Source: Azolla caroliniana
Lineage: Eukaryota > Plantae > Polypodiophyta
Assembly (NCBI GenBank): GCA_043228905.1
Contig: JBHGNT010000011.1
Span: 20,832,001-20,896,000, forward strand
Reading direction: 5' to 3'
Length of the DNA stretch: 64,000 nucleotides
The notes under the pieces are model-generated. The model was not told where the DNA came from and searched no databases. It saw nothing but the letters and a program-made list of their open reading frames with translations. This document shows positions 14,325 through 26,600 of the stretch, one piece after another (within the stretch, counting starts at the first letter, position 1; each line of letters starts with the position of its first letter). The translations under genes were made by a program, and so were the position numbers.

Positions 14325-14566
14325 TTTTTTTTCCCCAAAAAAACACTCCTTCCATTAGTTCTAAAATTTTACCGATAAGATTAGTATATACAAATCCCTG
14401 TAGGGACACGATAGGTCCATCTTATGTGGATGCCCACCGACTCAATAAAGGGGGAGGACGACCATTGTTGGATGAAGGCTAGTCATTGTCTTTCAACTCC
14501 ATCAGAGTCACCCTTGAGGCCATCATATTGGCTCTTTAAAGTGGCTACCACTTCACTCCATATCTC
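14325..14566 (-). repeat. Dispersed repeat copy 3 (inverted)
   Basis: Reverse complement of 4880-5110, e.g. ATGAAGGCTAGTCATTGTCTTTCAACTCCATC and GGCTCTTTAAAGTGGCTACCACTTCACTCCATATCT. Confidence 0.8.
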
Positions 14567-17500
14567 ATACATATGTTTTGGTGGGGTACTTGAGCTTTTT
14601 GTTTCATGTTTAAAATAACTTTTTGATGATTTCTATCTTGTATATAATGTATCTCAAACGTTATCTAAATTCACACCGACGTGAACAGTTCCATTGCACA
14701 TTTATTGCAAACAAAAGAAGAGTACGATTTTTAGTAGGGTAAATCATCTATCTCTATCTCATATTTTCTCCTTATCGAAAAACTCTCATGGGCAAAGAAG
14801 CTAAGTCATGATATTTCCTTAATGAATTCCATTCGTGTTCACATTGATGCACATATCTAATCCACCAATTTAACTATAATTTTGTTGGACTTCCTTGTGG
14901 TACATTCTCAGTGACACGTTCTTTAAAATTTGTGGGTTTTCTTGATAATGTTTTTTTGAGGTTATCTATGCCTCATATTATCCCCATCTGTCGATCACAA
15001 TCAGTCTCCCGTGGACACTAAAAATATATCTACCTATATATCTATCTCTATCTCTCTCCCCCCCTTTTTTGTCCGTGCAAGAAGAGAACTACTAAGACCT
15101 TTCTGAATGAAACGATAATCTTGTGCATACCTATCTATAGTCATCTCCTTTTATTCTTGTTTTGTTTTATGATTGTTACATGTAACTTTTCTTGCGTATT
15201 GCAATAGAATGTAAATAACCAACAAACTACACACGTACCATTCATGGAGTGTATGACCATATCAATGGTTTATACACACACATATATCATTGACGGTCAT
15301 AAGAATGTGTCATGAAGAAACAACAACTCACACCACCACCACCAATTTGTATGCTTCTAGTTAATATAAAGCCAAGAATGATAGGAATGTGTCACGAAAA
15401 AACTACCATTTTGCATTAATACGTTTCCATGCTTTTAGATAAGATAAAACTAAGAACGTGTCATGAAGAAATTAACATTTTGTAGTAATAAATAATATCC
15501 TACCAATTTGTATGCTCTTAGATAAGCTAAAATTGTGGGGCCCATGTTCTCTTCACAAAGATGTGGATGTCGAAAGCTCCTAGAGTGGCCTATTAGAGCC
15601 AAAAAGAACTAAGCTAAGGGTGCACTACACTCCTTTACAATTGAAAGTCATAAGTAAAGTCATAAATAGAAGCAATAGAGTATCAAATAAAAAGACCCAA
15701 AAAGGAATTGAATAAATAAAAAGGTACAACTGTGAAAATTGAAAAGCCACATGTTGCATTCATGATAATGCTCATAAAAACGACATCCATGAGGAAGGAA
15801 CAGATGGTGAAGTTTCCCGACGAGTAGTTCTCATAACAAAAGATAAGGTAGATCTCGCGGTGCAAAACATAACCAAGTATTGATCGTTCTTTTAAATATC
15901 CATACAAGTTTCACATAGCAAGTTCATCTAAGACTAGACCTTACAACTTGAATAGAATATGAAAGGCAACAATTTAGGGTTGGCATAGATGAGGGTTTGG
16001 GAAGTACTTTATGATGATATCTTCATTTAAGGAGCCACCAAGCTATATCTAAACCTCTCAAGCAATTCCCAATAGAAGAGATAATAATAGATAGTATTAA
16101 TGATGTTAAAATGAAAACATGTACGTCTTTGTTACTAGAAAGTCATAAAACCATGACGGTAGTACTAGTTTGATGATTCATTTACAATGTCACCAACATT
16201 TTGTAGATTTTTTAATCAAAGAGGGCACCATCAATAGCATTAATGGGTCTATAATGGCATCATCATCAATGTTAATGATACAATGAGTCTAGCACAATTG
16301 TACTATGGCATGCAGTCATTGTGTGTTGATTGAAGACGACCTGACATATATTTTCTAATGCCATCAAAATCATTCAAGGGGAAAGCAATGGAGTGCCTTA
16401 TTGTCTAATGCTAACAACATAGAAAAGCTCATAGTAAGTGGGATCAGATCATGTGTGACACCGCCTCGCCATTATTTATACATTTACATGTCTACATGCA
16501 TAGTGACACAAATAGTTCAATCGCAAACTTAGAAAATTTTGACAAAGCTTTGTCACAAAGGTTCTCCTACAACATATATACTATATATCATTACACCAAC
16601 CATATCTTTCCACGTTTATGATTCTCTTTAAAAAAAACCTACATAATAGCGCATCTTCATAACAATATCGGTAGATGTAGTCTTACAAAAACTCAATGAT
16701 GGGGCAACTTCAGTTAGTGGCATGTGTGATGTTCTATGTTTTGTTATCTCCATTAATGGAATCGATGTCCTCACTCTCGTCCTTGTTTTGTATGAATTAC
16801 ATATATTTTCTTTTGTGCTTATGATAACATGTCCCTATCAATGTCATGCATCTTGTGGCCATGACAACATGGTACTGTGGTTAGTATTACAATAGAATTG
16901 ATGTCTTTTTGACAAAGTGGTTGATATTTAAGTGAATGACCCAGCCTATAGTATGGTTCTAATGGGTGTGTGTGTGTGTGTGTGTAGTGAGGAAGGTTGG
17001 CCTTGTGAAGGTCAGAGTTTAGAGATGGCAAGTGTGCAAAGGTTACGTAGTAAGATGAGGTTTATGTATGGAAGAGGTAAGATACAAGAATTGCTTAATA
17101 TATTAGACAATAACTAAAAAATGGTAACAAGTATAGTAGAAGTTTTACTATTAAGAATTAGAGGTAAGAAACATTTTGTTATTGCCATGATGAACTTGAT
17201 TGCTATAGTTGGTTGTGTCATTGACAATGACCAACAAACTAGTCAATAGCCTAATATACGGCACAATTATAGTTGAGAGATAAGAGAGGGATTATGTGCG
17301 GAATGGGATGAAAATTTGTCTACCATTAGATAACTAGAATGAGATGATATGAGAAATGCATAATAGTTTAGATGATACTTGCAAATGGCCAAATTTATCC
17401 TGCAAGTGTTGGTATCAAAAAAAAGAAAAAGAAACTATCTCTTATGATCTCGACATGATAATGTTGAAGTTGGAGGTTGGTAGGTCTCTCCCACATGCAT

Positions 17501-20500
17501 AATTTTAAATCTTTACTTATATATAGGTCCTTGTGGGTTTGTCCCAAGGTTGAGGATAAGTGGTTTCCAACTTATTTTACCCTTAAACAATTGAAATTAG
17601 CCTTTAGAATGGTTCTTACGGCATATCTCTAAAAATAACACAAATAGCCCTCATGTCAAGTGAAGTATCAACCACGTCCATTGTATTTTTCCAAGTACCA
17701 CCTTGCTAGACAAACCATACGTAGATCATCATGCCAACCTAATTAGTTGTGTTTGCATGATAATCTAATTAGGTTTATATGGTTAGGTTTGGATCATAAT
17801 CTCATTATGCCGGTTAAGATTCCTAAATAGTTAGAATAGCGTAACACTTCCCATTCTTTTTCCCTTTTATATTTACTGCTTTAAGCCTTTAGAAATGCAT
17901 CCTTTAGCCTTTCATCGTTTTCATAGATCTACCACGGGTAGGTTTGTTGTTACCCCATACACGAAGGTATTTACAATATATTATGTATTTTCTGCTCCCA
18001 AGGTTTTGTGAATCGTGAAATGCATCGGTGTGTCTATTTGATAGAGAGGCATGCACGTGTTGTGCAAGTTTATATAAGCTCCACTTTGGTTTCTCAACGA
18101 CATAATTGTAGGGTGTAATCTAAGCGTTCTTTCTTACCATAGGTTTTTGTCATTCGACACAATTTGACATTCCACATGTTTTGACTTCTTGAAGAAAACA
18201 TGTATTATGAAGATTTTCATGGCGAGTTACTCCTTTTACCTAGTGTTAGCGGCGAACTTGATATTCGTGTCCTAAGATTAACCCCATGTGTGGCAATGAA
18301 TATTCACATCATTGTGACAAACAAGGAGGTAGAACAATGTGATCTTCATTAATATGGCAACAAGTCCATTCAAATTTCATAAAACACATTAATCATATTA
18401 CGCTTTGATGGTGCATTGAAACTTGAAAAAGTGAAGTGTATTGTGACACTCATTGATGCAAACTAATGAATAAGTGATAGAAAATGTGAACCACATGAAC
18501 TACTTTTTCTTGAGTAAAAAGCATATATGTAATCATTTGTGTTGATATGTCTATATGTATGTATCACATAAGGGAGCTCTACTATCCAACATATTTTATA
18601 GAAATCTTGTAAATTGAGAACAAGTAGAACCCACATTCAGTCAAAGCTTCAACTATCAAATGAAGGCCATTACCTCTTTCTATTGTAGAATATATGTTTG
18701 GAGAGAATAAGATGACAATGGTTCTTCAAATAAATATATTTTGAAACCACTCAATGCAAGTATACATCATGATGTTGGAATTTGTTAAAACTTTGTTGTC
18801 TAAACACAATATGGGGTTTCTAAATCTTGGCCCATTATTTGATTGCTTTTTATCCAAATAACGTCCATTATCAAGCACGCAAATTTTCCTTGTAATTCTC
18901 CTTACTCAAATTTTGCTCCTTAAGATTCTCCTTTATCTGAATAGATACACAATTCAAGGCTACGAAATTTATTTTCCAAGCGTGGAGAGGTGATGCTCAA
19001 TATTCTTGGCCTTTTGAATTTTGTGTGCATTTATTTGTTTGATGCATTTCATGTCATGTGTGCATGATTGTGTACATATGTATGTATGTACATAGTGGAG
19101 CCATAATGTGATCGAATTGCAAAGCCTATTCATAAATAGAATTTCAATGGATTGTTTTCAAATAAACTATTATTTATAACCTTATCGAATTGTTAGGTCA
19201 AAATTTTATACATGGAATGATAGGCATGTTTTAACTTTTCAATAGAGTTTTCTTTGTTGAGAGCAATAAGCAAACAAAGATTGATGAGAAGATCATTCTG
19301 GGAGTTTTGCTCTTTGTATAGGTAGGCAATAAAATTGCGCGGAAAATCGCTCTAAGAATTCTACGGGGGATGTGAGCTAGGAGAAGGCAATATAAATGAT
19401 ATCATAGGATTAGGTTATATAAACCCTCATTTTTAAGAGTAAGTTCACCGTTAAGGTGTAGGTTGTAACTTTCTATATTAATGTGTATTTACAACACAAT
19501 GAACATCATGTTAGGAGCATTGTACAACCGTGACACTAAACATCTGAGTACATCAAAATTCAGTTAGCTTTTGAGCTCCATGATCTTCATCGTTCTGTTT
19601 GCGAGTTCTCCATGTGATGGTATGCAAGAGGATGCCCTAAATGTTGGAAATGTAGCTCTCAAGAACATGTCGAATTATTCGGGGTCCCCGTCAATGTAGT
19701 ACATTCATTGTCAATGGCATTGAAGGGATAACAACATGTTTGAGTCGAGAAGGCTACATACATAGTCACGAGAGGATGGTGGGAATGCCAACAATGGCTT
19801 TTCAACTTGTCATTCTGGTTTATATGATACAGGTGGGTACAACATTGATCACACGTTCACATTAACAACAATGTTAACTATCATATTCCGATGCTTCCAA
19901 TGAAGTGTGTCCCAAGTCAAAATGCAAAGACCCGACATTGAGTCACTCGCGTACTTAATGATGATGATGATGATGATGATGATGGATCATTCATGGATAA
20001 GGCTCCAAACAAAACATCAAAAGCTTAAATCAATTACAATAATAATTGTAGTAAATTGAAGGGATGTAGGCTTTTCTTTTCTCATGATGCACATATACAT
20101 ATATGTATAATACATATACATATATATATATACATTTACATTTACATTTACATATACGTTTACATATACATATGCATATACATAATATACACATAACTCA
20201 CATATACATATTGATATATATATGAGCGGCACTCACTAGCGATGGAATTATTCCCAATCCCATTCATTTTTTGATGTATCCCACTTTCATCGTCCACACA
20301 GCTAAATTTATAATTACATCCATAAAACTCAATTTTAATCCATTCATCCCTCCTACTCAATTCATTCAGAATAACATTAATCTCCCGTTGCAAATCGCCC
20401 GCATACCAAATGGCGCCGCATTATCAATAATCATGTCCAGTATGTACATATCCATCACTCTGCGGGGTTTCATCCTTTCTTCAACCATTCCATGAATTGA

Positions 20501-20669
20501 ATCGATCATATAACAAGCTGTGCTCCATTAATTTGCTGACCAATTCTGTCCACTCGAAGCTATACTAATTAATCTGCTGATTCAAAATCATTCATGCATT
20601 TTAGTATTAAGCATTACAAATCAAGCGTTTTAATTGGTTTTAGTAGCAACCCTCTAGTCATCCAAGATC

Positions 20670-23600
20670 ATGCATTATTACGGTACTTCAGCAGGATGTG
20701 CCACTGCTCTTCACCCCATTCCTGCTTGGAATTATACCAGGAAGCCCAAAATCCTGGGCACCTCGCTGTCGGCCTGCTTCATGTGCGCATGGCTGTTGGC
20801 AGTGTCAGTAGTCTTGATGTGGGGTGTTCTCGTCCATCAGGTCCACACAGCAGCAGCGCCATCATCGATCGGCAATGTGAGCTACGACCACAGAGCTCTT
20901 GTCATCGGGGGCGTCCGTCGTGTGCTCATCTCTGGGTGCGTCCATTACCCACGAAGCACTCCTGAGGTAACAAAATAAAAAAAACATAAAAACCAAAAAC
21001 AAATCAAAATGCCATCATTAATCGGATCAACCTTAAACAGCTAGTGTGCTCCACCATCACCATCACCATCACCATGATGATGATAATGATAGATGATAGA
21101 TGATGATGATGACAGATGATGATAATAAATGATAGATGATAATGATGATGATAAATGATAGATGATAATGATGATGGTAGTGATGATTATGACAAATGAT
21201 GATGATAATGATGATGGTAGTGATGATTATGACAAATGATGATGATAATGATGATAATGGTGATGGTGATGCTGGTGGTGGTGGTGGTGATGATGATAAT
21301 GATGATGGTGATGATGATGGGGTCACATGGTCCAGAATTAGCACATACCTTGCTAGCTTATGATTCAGTTCCAGATTTAGCTAATATAGGTTTGTCGGTA
21401 AAGCTTATTGTCTGGGGCCTGGGCTCCAGCTTATAGGTATGTAGTAGCAATGGCCGGTGGTCCCCTAACTACCTTGGTAGATTTTGTATTGAGCCTGTAC
21501 TGTTAGCCTAGTAAACCAGACTGTGCATTTAAGATATAATTGACAGTTAGTATTGCGCAGGGCTAATCATTAGTGACTCTGTTAGGGATCGTCTAAGTAT
21601 TGATCGGGGTTCGAAATTATGCAGAGCGGGAAATTTTACGATAGTGTATATTGGTTCTTTCGGGGCTTAATCGCCTGACTGTGGAATTACCTGCGTGTGT
21701 AGAGCTGATGAATATAGATTGGTTAAGAACATTTAAACAGGTCCCTAGCGATTTAGGTTTTAGAATGCGTCGGATTTGGCCGAAGGCTTCTTTTTATAAT
21801 TTAAATGTAAAAGAGTCATTGCGAAGGATGGAGGTGGTTGCTGTACAATCAAACGATTAGATTAGGCATAATGTTGGCCAGCGTTGATTTATTGATTTGT
21901 GGAGCGAATTGGATTCGGTTTTCGTTGCAATGGGAATAAATAATCAATCTGTGATGATTAATTTTCTGTGATGGTGATTAATCGGAAATCTTGGCGGGAG
22001 AACTGGTAGATGTGGCCGGATATCATCGCGAAAGCCAAAGCAGGAGGGCTGAATGTCATCCAGAGCTATGTTTTCTGGAACATGCACGAGCCGGAGCGTG
22101 GGACAGTAAGTACTGACGATTGTTTTACGATGGAAATCAATGAATGATATAGGTGTGCAGAACTGTTTTTGTAACCCTATTCGGTTGGATGCAGTATGAC
22201 TTCGAAGGAAGATTGGATCTAGTGCGTTTTATCAAGACCGTCCAATCACATGGCCTCTTGATGAACCTTCGGATTGGACCTTATGCTTGTGCAGAATGGA
22301 ATTATGGGTAATCGAATTCCATCCATTCATTCATTGGCATTTCCTTCCTTCCTTCCTTCCTTCATTTATTCATTCAGTCAGTCAGTTAGTCAGTCATGAA
22401 TGTGTAATTCAAACCATGAAATCTGCAGGGGTTTCCCTGTGTGGCTGCATTTCATCGATGGCATCGCATTCCGGACGGACAATGAACCATTCAAGGCAGA
22501 GATGCAGAGGTTCACAGCCATGGTGGTGGAGATGATGAAGAGGGAGGGGCTGTTCTACTGGCAAGGGGGACCCATCATCTTGGCTCAGGTTCCACACTCC
22601 TCCTCCTCCTCCTCCTCCTCCTCACTCCTCTTCTTCTTCTTGCAGCGCTCTTTTGGGTGCAATTAATTACATAGGTCAAGAAAAAGAAGGCCTTTATTTC
22701 AAAGGCACTCATTAGGGTTGGATGTATGAAATACATATGTATGTATGTATGTGTGTATGTATATTGAAGCCATCCATCATCACAAAGCAATGTAAATTCT
22801 TTTGAGTGGTAAGTAGATAGTACTACTACTTGTACTAGTCACTAGTAAGGAGGAGGAGGGGGTAATGTGTGTTGGATCTCGGACATGTCGTTGGTAGAAT
22901 CTTTGTCTCACGACAAACTTGTAGTGCCAACACATCAATAGCCTGGCCCGATCATCGCATTGTCCCCACCAACAAACTCGCCGCGCCAACGTATGTGACT
23001 ATCCTAATCGATCATAGATTGCCTTGAAACCAAGTGATTTGTAAAGTCACGCCTTTCGAAGGCTTTCGTGACAAACTAGCTTTGACAACCTCTCTTTATA
23101 TGTTGTAAGGTTGTTTCTATTTTATTTAAGAGTGCAGCCGTAACTTCACAAGACCCAACTCCCATCTCTCACTCTAACATTCTTAGTGCATGTAGATCTT
23201 TTAGCTTTTAAAGATTGAATACGGATCATCCACCCCAATTGTCAACTAATTTGGATGGAGAGAAGTTAGGTTTACACATGAACAATATTACCAACAATTC
23301 GCACCATGTGTCTCATCGCTTTATCGACTAATGCTTTATTAGCTTGTTGTTTGGTATAGATGATAGGACCACTTCTCGTTGCCCTTGATCTTGCCCAATG
23401 TCAAATTGATTTTGTTTGTTTTGTTTTTCTAACTTCAAGTAGAAAGTTGAGCTTCCCATGTACTATGAAACTTGCTTTTTAATGTCACCGGACAACTTTC
23501 AATTCCATGTGGTGTCCTTTTTGGCTTTCACCTCGACATGGATACAATCAATCAATTACAAAAGCAAGTTTCACATTTGGCATAAGAACAATAACTTGCA

Positions 23601-26600
23601 TATTAAATCCATATATTGTTTTCCCATGAGAGAAATAATATAAGCTTTGAACAATTCACCCTTGGCAAACCAATATTATGCCATAGTTAATGAATCATGA
23701 TCACGAGAGTGAGATAAGGGAGGAATTCAAAGTGCACCATTTCAATTGTATGCATCTCTCAACTAAGAGACTAATAGGAAGTTTAATTTTTGAGACCAAG
23801 AGTTTTCAAAACAACTAAATGTGAGGATACAATAATAGTGTTCTAGAAGCTTAAAATCAATTTTATTTTATCGTACTTTTCCCCTTGAAAAATAGTGATG
23901 TTTTTTATTTGTTCAATTTTGTAAAGAATCGGGTATGATTCTTGTGTAGCGGAAGAGATGTGTGTTATGTGTATGTGTGAGAGGAATTAGAGGAGAGATG
24001 AGAGAACACTAGATAGATAGACAAGAGAAATAAAATGCTCAAGAAGAAGGTGTATATTTCACAAGTAGAATAAGAATTACAAAATGTAGCATTACAAGGA
24101 GTCACAACCCGACATAATATGAAGTATGAGGAGGGTGCTTTATATAGAGTCACCCTCTCTCTTCATTAACTTTACAACAACCACTCTCTCTCTCTCTCTC
24201 GGGGAATGTGAAGACACATAGTCATGGGGAATATGTAACTCATTAGTTATGTGTCATAGAATATGATTCTATGACACATAGTTAATGTGTAGAGAGTAGT
24301 GGTGTGACTCTTGACCTTTGAGTAATCATGGATTCTCAAAAGGTGTGTTCACACGTTGCACTATGTTGAGCTTGATTCTCAACAGATTTAGTTATTTCAT
24401 TGCATCTTAAATATAACATCTATACTTGATTAGAAACAAGAAGGAACGCCCCACCTCATGTTTTTCACGGAATGCATTGTCTTACTTGGTTATTTCATGT
24501 AAATCTTTCATGGAAAGGAGATGAAATTAGTGTTTTTTACCACAACTCACATACTAGATTCACAAGACCCATGTTAATGAAATATAATATTATTATCTTA
24601 CATTGGTATAAACAAATGGTGGACAACATAAATCCGAAGCTCTTACAATTCCAAGATTAAGAATATGCATAAATAAACGTTTCTACATCGAACTTCTCGC
24701 ACACAAATTGGCACTTATAATTTGAGTTTGTAGGTGTATGTAAGTAGCTCCAATCACAAACATGTTTATGATTGCACAGAGTTACACTTTTCACGTGTAT
24801 ATTACCACAAAACTTGTTTATTTTCAAATATATTTATTCGTTTGTCAAACTGAGTTACACTTTTCACGCGTATAACTTCACTATAATGAATCTTATTTTC
24901 AAATATGTGACCTAGTTTTGTGGACCTTATGAAACATGTATTAATTAATTTGTTCATTATTGGATATGTGATTGTTGAATATGAAACCACTAGAGGCTAT
25001 ACACAAACACCTCAAAAGCTGTATTTTAGAAATTCGACTAGATCTTACACTTGCCCGTGCTTGAAGGCTTACTTGAGAAGGTTTTACTTTAATGTAACTG
25101 TTTGGACGTTTAGTTCCCAAGCTCTACAACAAGCCTCTACATTATGGTGGAGACTTAGATCGCAACTTGTTGGAATTGCTTATTGGTTATCAGGGCTTTG
25201 GAAAATTTCCATTACTTACCACGCCAACATAACAAAGAAATTGTGCACACGAAAATAGAGATTAAAAAGAAAATTTGTTCTAAGGATTCCGGTTGCATTG
25301 TTAAATTTCACGAACATTAGAACACAACCTTAAACCCTTCCAATGAAAGTGTTTATTTAAGCCGATGGTTAGAATTTAGAAAAATAGAGGGGATATGTGG
25401 ATGTATGGCGTTTTCTAATTCTAATTTAATATCTTTTTTTGGGAAAAAAAAGAATTTTGAGGCCAAATATGTGAATTTTCCATAAAATTTTAAAATGTAA
25501 AGCTCGGGTCTTTTAGAGAAAAATAACAGAGTTCGGGTTGGGGTCCTAAGAGGGTGTGATGTTCATCTAATTGAGGTAACCTCTCCTGTTTTGGGTCACA
25601 GAAGTCATTAAGTTTGCTAGGTTCCTAAGAGGGTGTGTTCTTCATCTGATTCGGGTAACCTCTCCTGTTTTGGGTCATAGAAAACATTAAGTTTACTAAG
25701 TTGGGATATGAAACGCAGATAGAGAACGAATATGGAAATGTTGCAAGCAGCTATGGGGCCCCTGGGAAAGCATATACCAAGTGGGCAGCCCAAATGGCTG
25801 TTGGGCTCAACACTGGTGTGCCATGGATTATGTGCCAACAATCTGATGCGCCTGACCCCGTTGTAAGTTCTCCTTCTCTGGTTAATATCACCTGCCTTCT
25901 TCTTCTTCTTCAATTATTATATTGTTTGTGTTTATGCACATGCATGCATGTATCATAACATTGTGAATGCGTGCATTCCTGAAAAAACAAGTATATGTAC
26001 GTATGTGTATATATATAACTTAGGTATATGTGTGTATGTATGTCATATATACATACGTATGAAAATATATGTATGTGTGTAAGGCATATCCACACACATG
26101 ACATATACATACATATGTATGTACTTCTAATATTAACTACTTGATTTCATTGATAATCCATCTGATAATTTTTTTGTTTGTTCCTCTTTTTTGTTCTCTT
26201 TTTGGGAAGATCAACACTTGCAATGGCTTCTATTGTGATTCCTTTACTCCAAATTCTGCTAACAAACCGAAGATGTGGACTGAGAATTGGAGTGGCTGGT
26301 TAGTGTGTGTATGTGTGTGTTTGTATACTTTCCTTTCTTTTGCAATGCACAAAAATACATTGGAAAATGTTTTTAGTGGCAAGCTTCATTCTTGGACGTC
26401 AATATGTTCTTGAAAATTTTCTTATGTAATTTAAACCCCAATATGATATCAAATATAATTCATGATATAATATACATATGATTTTACATCTTGGCCCCCA
26501 CCACACCTAGCTGTGTATATCCTCCTCACCTATAGAAGCTCATAGTGTTGAACATCATATAGGAACACAAGGGAAAGTGAGCTCTTTACCACGTAGGAAA

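Noticed and set aside
10300-20000. Hidden gene in the ~10-kb P4H-BGAL intergenic region
   Set aside because: Only short AT-rich ORFs without known motifs or a coherent exon chain; BLASTX and RNA-seq would be needed to exclude small exons.
21069-21436. Poly-Met/Ile/His/Ser ORFs
   Set aside because: Translations of a GAT/CAT microsatellite inside BGAL intron 1.
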